From Candidatus Rokuibacteriota bacterium (GTDB lineage: Bacteria > Methylomirabilota > Methylomirabilia > Rokubacteriales > CSP1-6), in contig JAHFDK010000014.1 of assembly GCA_023249095.1 (NCBI GenBank), forward strand, positions 1-59,710: 59,710 nt of DNA, in the 5' to 3' direction. The notes under the pieces are model-generated. The model saw nothing but the letters and a program-made list of their open reading frames with translations, ran no database searches and had not been told where the DNA came from. Shown here piece by piece: positions 31,785 through 40,880 of the stretch; position 1 is the stretch's first letter; the number at the start of each line of letters is the position of its first letter. A program made the translations under genes and the position numbers.

Positions 31785-31854
31785 CGATGATGAGCCCGCG
31801 GCGGACTACGCCGCCACGATCGCCGGGTCGATGCGCGCCAGGTATAATGATGCC

Positions 31855-32505
31855 ATGCCGATCCTGACCGCGCGCGACCAGGCCGCTGTTCGCAAGGAGT
31901 TCGAGCGCATCACTGGGCCCGTGAAGCTCGTCGTCTTCTCGCAGGAGCTCGCCGCCGCCGAGCTCTGCCAGCAGAACGAGCAGCTCGTGCGCGAGGTCGC
32001 CGAGCTTTCCGACCAGATCACGGTGGAGGTGCTCAACCTCGCCATCGACCGCGAGCGCGCCGAGGCGTACGGCGTGGACCAGGTGCCGGCCATCGTCGTC
32101 GAAGGCAGCCGCGACTACGGTATCCGCTTCTACGGCGTCCCCCTGGGCTACGAGTTCAGCAACCTCATCGACTCGATCATCGTGACGTCCACCGGCGCGC
32201 CGGCGCTGGCGGAGGACACCCTGGCCTCGCTGCGGGCGCTCTCCGCCGACGTCGACATCAAGGTTTTCTCGACGCCCACCTGACCTCATTGTCCCCGGGC
32301 CGTGCGCCTGGCACAGCACATGTCGGTCGCGTCCGACCGCGTGCGCTCGACCGTCATCGAGGCGACGGAGTTTCCCGAGCTGTCGCGGGCCTATCAAGTG
32401 ATGGGCGTGCCGAAGGTCGTGATCAACGATCGCGTGCAGTTCGAGGGCGCCGTCCCCGAGCAGGAGTTCCTCGGCGCGGTGCTCCAGGCGGTGGAGACGT
32501 CCTGA
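31855..32505 (+). CDS. Protein-disulfide oxidoreductase (PDO/AhpF N-terminal-like) selenoprotein, UPHC
   Basis: ORFs 31831-32283 and 32302-32505 share a frame across TGA 32281-32283: IKVFSTPT-U-PHCPRAV; GIRFYGVPLGYEF; VMGVPKVVIN; hairpin 32299-32317. Confidence 0.88.
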
Positions 32506-32511
32506 AACAGC

Positions 32512-32907
32512 TTGCCCAAACCAGGTGACTCCCGCGCGGCGCTCGTGTTCGTGTACGGGACGCTGATGCGGGGGTACGCGCTGCATCTCCTGCTGGCGCG
32601 CGCTTCGAAGTTCCTCGGCGAGGGCCGTGTCCACGGGCGCCTGCTCGATCTCGGCCGCTACCCGGGGCTGGTCGACGGAGTTGGTAGCGTCCGCGGAGAG
32701 ATCTACCGCCTGGACGACCCCGAACTTCTCGCGGTGCTCGACCGCGCGGAGGGGTACAATTTCGGTCGTCGTCGCACGATCGTCACGCTCGCGAGCGGCC
32801 GGCGCGCGCGTGCGTGGGTCTACCGGTATCGCGGACGTCAGGAGAAAGCCGTCCTCATCCCGGACGGGGACTACCGGCGGGCGCACCCGCGCCCCGCCAC
32901 TCGCTGA
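32512..32907 (+). CDS. Gamma-glutamylcyclotransferase (AIG2-like) family
   Basis: VFVYGTLMRG, LGRYPGL, V.GEIY, LD..EG, AWVY. Confidence 0.85.
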   Translation: MPKPGDSRAALVFVYGTLMRGYALHLLLARASKFLGEGRVHGRLLDLGRYPGLVDGVGSVRGEIYRLDDPELLAVLDRAEGYNFGRRRTIVTLASGRRARAWVYRYRGRQEKAVLIPDGDYRRAHPRPATR

Positions 32908-32916
32908 ACTGGGGTG

Positions 32917-32972
32917 GTAGCGCGCGCCGCAGGCCGTCGCGGGGCTGGGGCCCGGCCGGCTGAGGCGTGCCT
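32917..32972 (+). repeat. GTAG-initiated structured element, copy B (5' of class III aminotransferase)
   Basis: Homologous to 29066-29121. Confidence 0.75.
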
Positions 32973-32989
32973 CTGAACAGGAGAAAGCA

Positions 32990-34372
32990 ATGGCGCTGAC
33001 CGCCGCCGAGCTCGTCAAGGCCGATCAGGAGCACCTGATCCATCCGCTGCACCACCCCGTCGACAACGCGGAGCCGGTCATCTACGTCCGCGGACGGGGC
33101 GCGACCATCCAGGAGATCGGGGGCCACGAATACATCGACGGGCTCTCCGGGCTCTGGAACGTGAACGTGGGCCACGGCCGCACCGAGCTGGCCGACGCCG
33201 CGGCGGCGCAGATGAAGGATCTCGCGTACTTCTCCGGCTACGTGGGCTCCTCGAGCGTGCCGGCGATCACGCTGGCGAACCGGCTCATGGAGATCACGTA
33301 CGACAACATGCAGGCCGTGTTCTTCACGTGCGGCGGCGCCGAGTCGAACGAGTCGGCGTTCAAGACGGCGCGCTTCTACTGGAAGGCGCAGGGCAAGCCC
33401 GACAAGGTCAAGATCATCTCCCGCCAGCAGGGCTACCACGGCGTCACCCTCCAGGCGATGAGCGCCACCGGGATGGGCGCCTACTGGAAGATGTTCGAGC
33501 CGCGCGTTCCGGGGTTCGTCCACGTCCAGACCTGCTACCCGTACCGGTTCCAGGGGGCGAAGCCCGGCGAGAGCATCGGACAGGCGGCGGCGCGGGAGAT
33601 CGAGGAGGCGATCCTGCGCGAGGGGCCCGACACGGTCGCCGCGATGATCGGCGAGCCGATCCACGGCGGGGGCGGAGTCATCTACCCGACCGACGACTAC
33701 TGGCCACGGGTGCGGGAGATTTGCACGCGCCACCACGTGCTCCTGATCGCCGACGAGGTCATCACCGGCTTCTGCCGGACAGGGCGCTGGTTCGCGCTCG
33801 GGCACTGGAACGTCAAGCCCGACATCGTCTCGTTCGCGAAGGGCGTGACCTCCGGATACCTTCCGCTCGGCGGGATCATGATCACCAAGGCGATCAAGGA
33901 CGCCATGGACTCGGTCAAGCCCGAGGATCGCTGGATGCACGCCTACACGTACTCCGGCCATCCCACGTGCTGCGCGGTCGGGCTGAAGAACATCGAGATC
34001 ATGGAGCGCGAGCGACTCTGGGAGAACGCGGCGAAGATGGGCACCCGGCTCCACCAGGGACTCCAGCAGGCGTTCGGCGACCACCCGAACGCGGGCGACA
34101 TCCGGGGCGGCAAGGGCCTGCTGGCGGCCGTCGAGCTGGTGGAAGACCGCGCGACCAAGAAGAACTTCGCCGGCGATCGCAAGGTCGCCCCGCGCATCCA
34201 GGCCGAGATGATGAAGCGCGGCGTCGTCACGCGGACGCGCCCGGTGGCCGGCGCGCATCCGGCGCCCGGCGACTCGGTCTACTTCGCGCCGCCCCTCGTC
34301 GTGACCGAGGCGGAGATCGACCGGCTCGTCAGCGTGACGCGGGACGCCGTCAAGGTCGTGCTCGGCGCCTAG
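32990..34372 (+). CDS. PLP-dependent aminotransferase class III (omega-amino acid/polyamine type)
   Basis: YIDGLSGLWNVNVGHGR, GYHG, LIADEVITGFCRTG, SFAKGVTSGY.PLG. Confidence 0.92.
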   Translation: MALTAAELVKADQEHLIHPLHHPVDNAEPVIYVRGRGATIQEIGGHEYIDGLSGLWNVNVGHGRTELADAAAAQMKDLAYFSGYVGSSSVPAITLANRLMEITYDNMQAVFFTCGGAESNESAFKTARFYWKAQGKPDKVKIISRQQGYHGVTLQAMSATGMGAYWKMFEPRVPGFVHVQTCYPYRFQGAKPGESIGQAAAREIEEAILREGPDTVAAMIGEPIHGGGGVIYPTDDYWPRVREICTRHHVLLIADEVITGFCRTGRWFALGHWNVKPDIVSFAKGVTSGYLPLGGIMITKAIKDAMDSVKPEDRWMHAYTYSGHPTCCAVGLKNIEIMERERLWENAAKMGTRLHQGLQQAFGDHPNAGDIRGGKGLLAAVELVEDRATKKNFAGDRKVAPRIQAEMMKRGVVTRTRPVAGAHPAPGDSVYFAPPLVVTEAEIDRLVSVTRDAVKVVLGA

Positions 34373-34384
34373 GATTTTAGAGCC

Positions 34385-34579
34385 GTGAAGCTGATCACCG
34401 CCCACCGTATCCTCATCGGCGCGGGGATCGCGTTCTTCCTCTTCTACGCGGCGCTCCTTCTCGTGCGCGACCGGACGACGGCGGCGTGCGTGCAGGCGGT
34501 GGTCTCGTTGGCGGTGGCCGCCGGCCTTGTCCTCTATTACCGCACGCTCAAGGGATGGGGTCAGCACCCGCCGTCCTGA
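34385..34579 (+). CDS. Small two-TM membrane protein
   Basis: Two hydrophobic helices, operonic spacing. Confidence 0.55.
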   Translation: MKLITAHRILIGAGIAFFLFYAALLLVRDRTTAACVQAVVSLAVAAGLVLYYRTLKGWGQHPPS

Positions 34580-34917
34580 TCTACGACGGCGAGTGCGCGA
34601 TGTGCCGGGCGAGTGCGCTCTGGCTCATGCGCCTGGCGATCTCCAGTGGCCAGCTCGAGATCCTCCCGTGCCGGTCAGCACCGCAGCGCGCCCGCTTCCC
34701 CCAGATCTCGGACGAGGCGTGCATGACGGCGATGCAGCTCGTGCTGCCCGACGGGCGTACGCTCACGGGCGCCGATGCGGTGCCCGAGCTGCTGCGTCGC
34801 ATCGGCTGGCTCAGCTGGCTCGCGACGGTCTTCGCGCTCCCAGGGGCGCGTTGCCTCGCTCGACGCGTCTACGCCTGGATCGCGAAGAATCGCATGCGCC
34901 TGTCGTGCGATCGGTAG
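34555..34917 (+). CDS. DCC1-like thiol-disulfide oxidoreductase (DUF393)
   Basis: LIYDGECAMC (DxxCxxC) and Y.WIA.NR motifs. Confidence 0.85.
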   Translation: MGSAPAVLIYDGECAMCRASALWLMRLAISSGQLEILPCRSAPQRARFPQISDEACMTAMQLVLPDGRTLTGADAVPELLRRIGWLSWLATVFALPGARCLARRVYAWIAKNRMRLSCDR

Positions 34918-35045
34918 TCCGGCTGCTCACCGTTTCAGCAGGACGACGCTCTCCGCGCTGAAATTCGGCAGCGCGGCCCGCACTTCGGATCCCTCCACTG
35001 ACGATAAGTGCCCGTATAGGCTGATCTCCACTCGGTGAGCGGCGC

Positions 35046-35061
35046 TGGCACGCGCGCTGCA
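35046..35061 (+). promoter_or_regulatory. Sigma54 -24/-12 promoter of the nitrate operon
   Basis: TGGCAC-GCGCG-CTGCA; upstream TGC-N11-GCA (NtrC-like box) at 34924-34940. Confidence 0.75.
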
Positions 35062-35079
35062 CCTCGTGGCCCTTAGCGT

Positions 35080-35160
35080 GCGTCCACGTCGGGACGCCGC
35101 GGAACTGACAGCGATGGCGCTGTTGCCTCGATCGGAGGCACGGCGCCATTTTTCGTTTTT
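35080..35160 (+). terminator. Leader attenuator: twin hexaloop hairpins with overlapping intrinsic terminator (ANTAR-type)
   Basis: GCGTCC-ACGTCG-GGACGC; ACAGC-GATGGC-GCTGT; terminator stem 35114-35149 followed by TTTTCGTTTTT. Confidence 0.7.
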
Positions 35161-35171
35161 GGAGGGACGGA

Positions 35172-36410
35172 ATGGATGGGACGCGGCGGGAGTTCATCAG
35201 GGCGACGAGCACGGCCGCGCTGCTCGCCGGCGTGCCCGGCGGCTGGGCCGGAGGCGTGTACGCAGCCGACGGGCCCGAGGCGCCGAAGGTCAGGATCGGC
35301 ATCATCGCGCTCACCGACTGCGCGTCGATCGTGATGGCCCACGAGCTCGGGCTTTTCAAGAAGCACGGGATCGAAGCGACGATCTCGAAGGAGGCTTCGT
35401 GGGCGGTCATCCGCGATCGCTTGACGCTCGGCGAAAACCAGGCGACCCACATGCTCCTCGGCATCCCCTATGCCGCCACCATGGGGCTTCAGGGCTCACC
35501 GGTGAAGCCGATGATCATCCCTCTATACCTCAATCGCAATGGGCAGGCGATCACGCTCACGAGGGCGCTGCTCGAGAAGGGGGTGAAGACGCCGCAGCAG
35601 GTCAAGCCGCTGGCCCTGGAAGCGAAGGCCAAAGGCGCCCCTATGACCTTTGCGATGACGTACCCGCCTGGCACTCACGCCATGTGGACACGCTACTGGC
35701 TGGGATCGGGCGGCATCAACCCCGATCGCGACGTCTCCCTGATCACCATTCCGCCGGCCCAGATGGTGGCCAACATGAAGGTCGGCAAGATGGACGGCTA
35801 CTGCGTGGGGGAGCCCTGGGGCGCGCGGGCGATCGCCGATGGCATCGGTTTCACGGCCATCACCACGCAGCAGATCTGGAGGGACCATCCCGAGAAGGTC
35901 CTCGCCTTCACGGAGGAGTTCGCGCAGAAGAACCCGAAGACGGTGAAGGCCGTGATGCGCGCCGTGCTGGAGGCGAGCCAGTGGAACGACAAGCTGAAGA
36001 ACCGGCCGCGGATGGCCGAGGTCGTCGGTCAGCCGCAGTACGTCAACGCCGGGAAGGAGATAATCCTCGGCCGCATGCTCGGCGACTACGACTACGGTGA
36101 CGGGCGCAAGGAGAAGGACAAGTACTACATGACCTTCTTCGACCGGCAGACGAACTTTCCGCTCAAGTCCCACGGCGTCTGGTGGCTCAGCCAGTTCCGG
36201 CGCTGGGGGATGGTGAAGGAGCCGCCGGATTACAAGGGCCTCGTCGACCGCGTGCACCGGCCCGACATCTACCGCGAGGTCGCCCACGAGATGGGCATCG
36301 AGACCCCGCGCGAGGACATGAAGAAGGAGACGCTCTTCGATGGCGTTACCTTCGACCCGGCCGACCCTGAGAAGTACGCGAAGAGCTTTGCCGTCGATTC
36401 AATGGCCTAG
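35172..36410 (+). CDS. nrtA: CmpA/NrtA-family ABC substrate-binding protein (nitrate/nitrite/cyanate)
   Basis: Tat signal TRREFI; IALTDCA, LNRNGQAIT, TIPPAQMVANM, CVGEPW, HPEK. Confidence 0.88.
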   Translation: MDGTRREFIRATSTAALLAGVPGGWAGGVYAADGPEAPKVRIGIIALTDCASIVMAHELGLFKKHGIEATISKEASWAVIRDRLTLGENQATHMLLGIPYAATMGLQGSPVKPMIIPLYLNRNGQAITLTRALLEKGVKTPQQVKPLALEAKAKGAPMTFAMTYPPGTHAMWTRYWLGSGGINPDRDVSLITIPPAQMVANMKVGKMDGYCVGEPWGARAIADGIGFTAITTQQIWRDHPEKVLAFTEEFAQKNPKTVKAVMRAVLEASQWNDKLKNRPRMAEVVGQPQYVNAGKEIILGRMLGDYDYGDGRKEKDKYYMTFFDRQTNFPLKSHGVWWLSQFRRWGMVKEPPDYKGLVDRVHRPDIYREVAHEMGIETPREDMKKETLFDGVTFDPADPEKYAKSFAVDSMA

Positions 36411-36422
36411 CCGGAGGGCGCA

Positions 36423-37193
36423 ATGCGCATCGACATATCCCAGAAGGTGATCCTGCCGCTCCTGGGGGCGGCGTGCGTGCTCGTCGTCTGGTCGATCGTG
36501 AGCGTGACCGTCGCACCGGACCTCCCGTCGCCGGGCCGGACGTGGCGGGAGTCGCAGCGTTACGTGCTGGAGCCGTTCTTCAAGGACGGCGAGATGAACC
36601 AGGGCATCGGGCGGCTCGCCTTCTACTCGCTGGTCCGGGTGGGCAAGGGGTTCGCGTTGGCGCTTGCGATTGGCACACCGATCGGGTTCCTGCTCGGGCT
36701 GTCGCGGAGGTTCCACCAGTCGTTCGACCCGATCGTGCAGTTCATGCGGCCGATCTCGCCCTTGGCGTGGCTGCCGCTCGGGCTCGTGATCTTCCAGAAG
36801 TCGGAGCCCGCGGCGATCTTCACCATCGCGCTGTGCGCGATGTGGCCGACGGTGATCAACACGGCCGTCGGCGTCCGGTCGATCAGCCCGGATTATCTGA
36901 ACGTGGGACGCGTGCTGAAGCTCTCTCGCGTCAAAACGCTGACGCGGATCGTCATCCCGGCCACGCTCCCCTACGTCTTCACCGGCTACCGTCTGTCGCT
37001 CGGGCTCGCGTGGCTCGTGATCGTCGCGGCGGAGATGCTCACGGGGACACCGGGCGTGGGCGGGTTCCTCTGGCAGGAGTACAACAGCCTCGTCTACTCG
37101 CACATCATCCTCAGCGTGATCACGATCGGCGCCATCGGTTTCGTGCTCGATCGCCTGATGGGCCTCGTCGAGGCGCGCGTTCGGATCGACTGA
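36423..37193 (+). CDS. nrtB: Nitrate ABC transporter permease
   Basis: RPISPLAWLP, WPTVINT, AWLVIVAAEML. Confidence 0.88.
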   Translation: MRIDISQKVILPLLGAACVLVVWSIVSVTVAPDLPSPGRTWRESQRYVLEPFFKDGEMNQGIGRLAFYSLVRVGKGFALALAIGTPIGFLLGLSRRFHQSFDPIVQFMRPISPLAWLPLGLVIFQKSEPAAIFTIALCAMWPTVINTAVGVRSISPDYLNVGRVLKLSRVKTLTRIVIPATLPYVFTGYRLSLGLAWLVIVAAEMLTGTPGVGGFLWQEYNSLVYSHIILSVITIGAIGFVLDRLMGLVEARVRID

Positions 37194-37972
37194 TGGCCTA
37201 CCTCGAGGTTCGGGGCCTGCGGAAGTCCTACGGCACTCGAAGCGGCCTGACGGCGGTGCTGGGCGGTGTGGACTTGACCCTGGAAGAAGGCGAGTTCGTG
37301 GCGGTCGTCGGGTACTCCGGCTCGGGCAAGACCACGCTGGTGTCCCTCATCGCTGGTCTCATCGCGCCCGACCGCGGCGAGATCCTGCTCGAGGGCGTGC
37401 CCGTGACCGGGCCGGGGCCCGAGCGCGGCATCGTGTTCCAGCAGTACTCGCTGCTGCCGTGGCTCAGCGTCCGGGGCAACGTGGCGCTCGCCGTCGACGC
37501 GGTGAACCCCGGGCTGCCGGCGTCCGAGCGCCGGCGCATCACCGACGAGTTCATCGCCCTCGTCAACCTCACGCCGGCCGCCTGGAAGCGCCCGCGGCAG
37601 CTCTCGGGCGGGATGCGGCAGCGGGTGGCGGTGGCCCGCGCGCTCGCGATGCGGCCCAAGCTCCTGCTGATGGACGAGCCGTTCAGCGCGGTCGACGCGC
37701 TCACGCGCGCCACGCTGCAGGACGAGCTGCTGAGAATCTGGGGCGAGCGCCGGTCGACGGTAATGCTGATCACCAACGACGTGGACGAGGCCATCTTGTT
37801 AGCCGACCGGATCTACCCGATGACGCCCGGACCGGACGCCGTGCTCGGGCCCGCGATCGAGGTCGGCTTGCCGCGTCCGCGGCAGCGCCGGCACATGAGC
37901 CTCGAGCCGGCTTATCAGAAGGCCCGCCAGGCCCTGGTCGAATTTCTCCGCGCCGCCAGGACGGCCAGATAG
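37193..37972 (+). CDS. nrtC: Nitrate ABC transporter ATP-binding protein
   Basis: GYSGSGKT, LSGGMRQR, MDEPF; ATG overlaps the nrtB stop. Confidence 0.8.
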   Translation: MAYLEVRGLRKSYGTRSGLTAVLGGVDLTLEEGEFVAVVGYSGSGKTTLVSLIAGLIAPDRGEILLEGVPVTGPGPERGIVFQQYSLLPWLSVRGNVALAVDAVNPGLPASERRRITDEFIALVNLTPAAWKRPRQLSGGMRQRVAVARALAMRPKLLLMDEPFSAVDALTRATLQDELLRIWGERRSTVMLITNDVDEAILLADRIYPMTPGPDAVLGPAIEVGLPRPRQRRHMSLEPAYQKARQALVEFLRAARTAR

Positions 37973-38743
37973 ATGCCCGCCTTCGTCGAGATCGCCCAGC
38001 TTGGCAAGACGTACGAGACGCCGTCTGGCCCGGCGGTCATCGTCCGCGATTTCACCCTGTACGTCGACGCGGGCGAATTCGTCTGCCTCCTGGGCCACTC
38101 CGGGTGCGGCAAGACGACTGTGCTCTCGATCCTCATGGGGCTCGTCGCGCCGAGCACGGGGGGCGTCGTGATCGCGGGCCGGGAGATCGACGGACCGGGC
38201 ACCGATCGCGGCGTCGTCTTCCAGTCGGCGACGCTCCTGCCATGGATGTCGGTGCGCGACAACGTGCGCCTCGCGCGCGAGCAGGTCGTCTCGGGGGCCG
38301 ATCGCGGCGTCGAGTCTTACCTGGCGTCGGTCGGGCTCGGCGGAATGGGCGAGCGGTATCCCCGCGAGCTGTCGGCCGGGATGCAGCAGCGCGTCGGGAT
38401 CGCGCGGGCGTTCGCGCTCGAGCCGCGGCTGCTCCTGCTCGACGAACCCTTCTCGCTCCTGGACGCGCTGACCCGAATGGAGCTGCAGGACGAGCTGATC
38501 ACGCTCTGGGAGGCCAAACGCCGGACCGTGATCATGGTCACCCACGACGTGGACGAGGCGCTCCAGCTCGCCGACCGGATCGTCATGATGACCAACGGCC
38601 CGGCCGCGACGATCGGGCGCATCTTCGACGTGCCGTTCCCCCGGCCTCGCCGCCGCGACGAGCTGCTCGCGCGCCCCGACTACTTCTGGTTGCGGGACTC
38701 CATCGTCGCCTTCCTCGAGGATCAGGCCCATGCGACCGCGTGA
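37973..38743 (+). CDS. nrtD: Nitrate ABC transporter ATP-binding protein
   Basis: GHSGCGKT, LDEPF, VTHDVDEA, MMTNGPAA. Confidence 0.82.
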   Translation: MPAFVEIAQLGKTYETPSGPAVIVRDFTLYVDAGEFVCLLGHSGCGKTTVLSILMGLVAPSTGGVVIAGREIDGPGTDRGVVFQSATLLPWMSVRDNVRLAREQVVSGADRGVESYLASVGLGGMGERYPRELSAGMQQRVGIARAFALEPRLLLLDEPFSLLDALTRMELQDELITLWEAKRRTVIMVTHDVDEALQLADRIVMMTNGPAATIGRIFDVPFPRPRRRDELLARPDYFWLRDSIVAFLEDQAHATA

Positions 38744-40880
38744 CGCGAGCGGCGACGTCGACACCGCCGCCTGGCGATCGACGATGTGTCCGTACTGCGG
38801 CGTGGGCTGCGGGCTCCTGGTGCAGGTCCGCGACGGCCGCGTGACGAAGGTCAGAGGCGATCCCGCTCATCCGGCGAACCTCGGCGACATCTGCGCGAAG
38901 GCCGTCCACCTCCCACCGATTCTGGGAACGGCGGACCGCCTCCGTCATCCGCAGATCCGCGTGCGCCGCGGCGCGGAGCTCGAGCGCGTGCCGTGGGAGC
39001 TGGCGCTCAGGTTCACGGCCGACCGCATGCGAGAGATCATCACGGCCCACGGACCGGACGCGGTCGCCTTCTACGCGTCGGGCCAGCTCCTCACCGAGGA
39101 GTACTACCTCGGCTCCAAGCTCGCGCGGGGGTTCGTCGGCACCAACAACTTCGACACGAACTCGCGGCTCTGCATGGCCTCGGCCGCGGCGGGGTACGCG
39201 CGCTCCCTGGGATCGGATGGTCCGCCGGCGTCATACCAGGACATCGATCTCGCCGATTGCTTCCTGCTGCTCGGCACCAACACCGCCGACTGCCATCCCG
39301 TGACCTTCAAGCGGATCAGACGGCGCAAGCTCCAGGCACCCGATGACGTGACGGTCATGGTCGTCGACCCGCGCTGGACCGAGACCGCCGACCTCGCCGA
39401 CCTCCATCTGTCGCTGCGCCCCGGCTCCGACATCGCGCTGCTGAACGCGATGCTGCACGTGCTGTGGCGCGAGGGCCTCCTCGACACACGCTTCGTCGCG
39501 GAGCACACGACCGGCTGGGAAGGCCTGCGCGCGGTGATCGAGCGCTATCCGCCCGAGCGCGGTGCGGCCCTGACCGGGCTCTCCCGAGAGGTCATCGTCA
39601 CGGCCGCGTTGAGATTTGGTCGGGCGCGTGCGGCGCTCTCCCTGTGGTCGATGGGGATCAACCAGAGCCACGTCGGCACGGACAAGAACGCGGCGATCAT
39701 CAATCTGCACCTGGCGACGGGCCAGATCGGCCGTCCGGGCGCGGGGCCGTTCTCGCTGACCGGCCAGCCGAACGCGATGGGCGGACGCGAAACGGGCGGG
39801 CTCGCGCATCTCTTGCCGGGCTACCGGCTCGTCAGCGACGCCGCGGCGCGCGCGGCCGTCGAGCGTCACTGGGCGATTCCCGCCGGCCGCCTGCCGTCCA
39901 CGCCCGGGCGCTCGGCGCTGGAGATCTTCGAGGGCCTGGCGCGCGATGAGGTGCGGGCGGTGTGGATCATGTGCACCAACCCGGCGGCCTCGATGCCCGA
40001 TCTCGACCTCGTCGAGAAGGCGCTGCGGCAGGCCGAGCTCGTGGTGGTCCAGGACGCCTATCACCCGACGGAGACGACGCGCTTCGCCGACGTGCTCCTG
40101 CCCGCCGCCCAGTGGCCCGAGAAGGACGGAGTGATGACCAACTCCGAGCGGAGGCTCACGTACCTGCCCAAGCTCGTCGACCCGCCGGGCGAGGCGCTGC
40201 CGGACGCCGTGATCCTGACGCGGTTCGCCCACGAGATGGGCTGGAAGGAGGCATTCCCATGCGCGAGCACGGCCGAGATCTTCGACGAGTTCGCGTCGCT
40301 GACGGCCGGAACGGTCTGCGATTACTCCGGGGTGAGCCACGTGCGCCTCCAGGCCGACGGCCCAGTGCAGTGGCCCGTTCCCGCGCCCGACCACCCCGGC
40401 ACGACGCGTCTCTACACGGACGCCGTCTTCCCGACTCCCGACGGGCGCGCTCGGTTCCTCGTCGTCGAGCACGCGGAGCCGCTCGAGTCGCCCGACGCCA
40501 GCTTCCCGCTGGTCCTGACGACGGGTCGTGTGCGCGACCACTGGCATACGCTCACGCGCACCGGCAAGTCTCCGGCGCTCGCCTCGCGCACGCCCGAGCC
40601 GATCCTCGAGGTGAATCTCGGCGACGCGCGGCGCGCCGGCATCCAGGACGGGGATTTCGTCGAGGTCACGTCCCGCCGCGGTAAGGTCGTGGCCCAATGC
40701 CGCGTGAGCGCCGCCATCCGCGAGGGCACGTGCTTTCTGCCGTTCCACTGGGGCCGGCAAGCCGGGTTCTACAAGAGCGCCAACAACCTGACGCTGAGCG
40801 GTCGCGATCCGGTGTCGCACCAGCCGGAGCTGAAGGCCTGCGCCGTGCGCCTGCGGCGGGTCGCCGAGGCGATCACATGA
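38730..40880 (+). CDS. narB: Assimilatory nitrate reductase catalytic subunit (Mo-bisPGD, NarB/NasA type)
   Basis: CPYCGVGC...C Fe4S4, NFDTNSRLCMAS, SLTGQPNAMGGRE, TTGRVRDHWHT, QPELKACAV. Confidence 0.88.
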   Translation: MRPRDASGDVDTAAWRSTMCPYCGVGCGLLVQVRDGRVTKVRGDPAHPANLGDICAKAVHLPPILGTADRLRHPQIRVRRGAELERVPWELALRFTADRMREIITAHGPDAVAFYASGQLLTEEYYLGSKLARGFVGTNNFDTNSRLCMASAAAGYARSLGSDGPPASYQDIDLADCFLLLGTNTADCHPVTFKRIRRRKLQAPDDVTVMVVDPRWTETADLADLHLSLRPGSDIALLNAMLHVLWREGLLDTRFVAEHTTGWEGLRAVIERYPPERGAALTGLSREVIVTAALRFGRARAALSLWSMGINQSHVGTDKNAAIINLHLATGQIGRPGAGPFSLTGQPNAMGGRETGGLAHLLPGYRLVSDAAARAAVERHWAIPAGRLPSTPGRSALEIFEGLARDEVRAVWIMCTNPAASMPDLDLVEKALRQAELVVVQDAYHPTETTRFADVLLPAAQWPEKDGVMTNSERRLTYLPKLVDPPGEALPDAVILTRFAHEMGWKEAFPCASTAEIFDEFASLTAGTVCDYSGVSHVRLQADGPVQWPVPAPDHPGTTRLYTDAVFPTPDGRARFLVVEHAEPLESPDASFPLVLTTGRVRDHWHTLTRTGKSPALASRTPEPILEVNLGDARRAGIQDGDFVEVTSRRGKVVAQCRVSAAIREGTCFLPFHWGRQAGFYKSANNLTLSGRDPVSHQPELKACAVRLRRVAEAIT

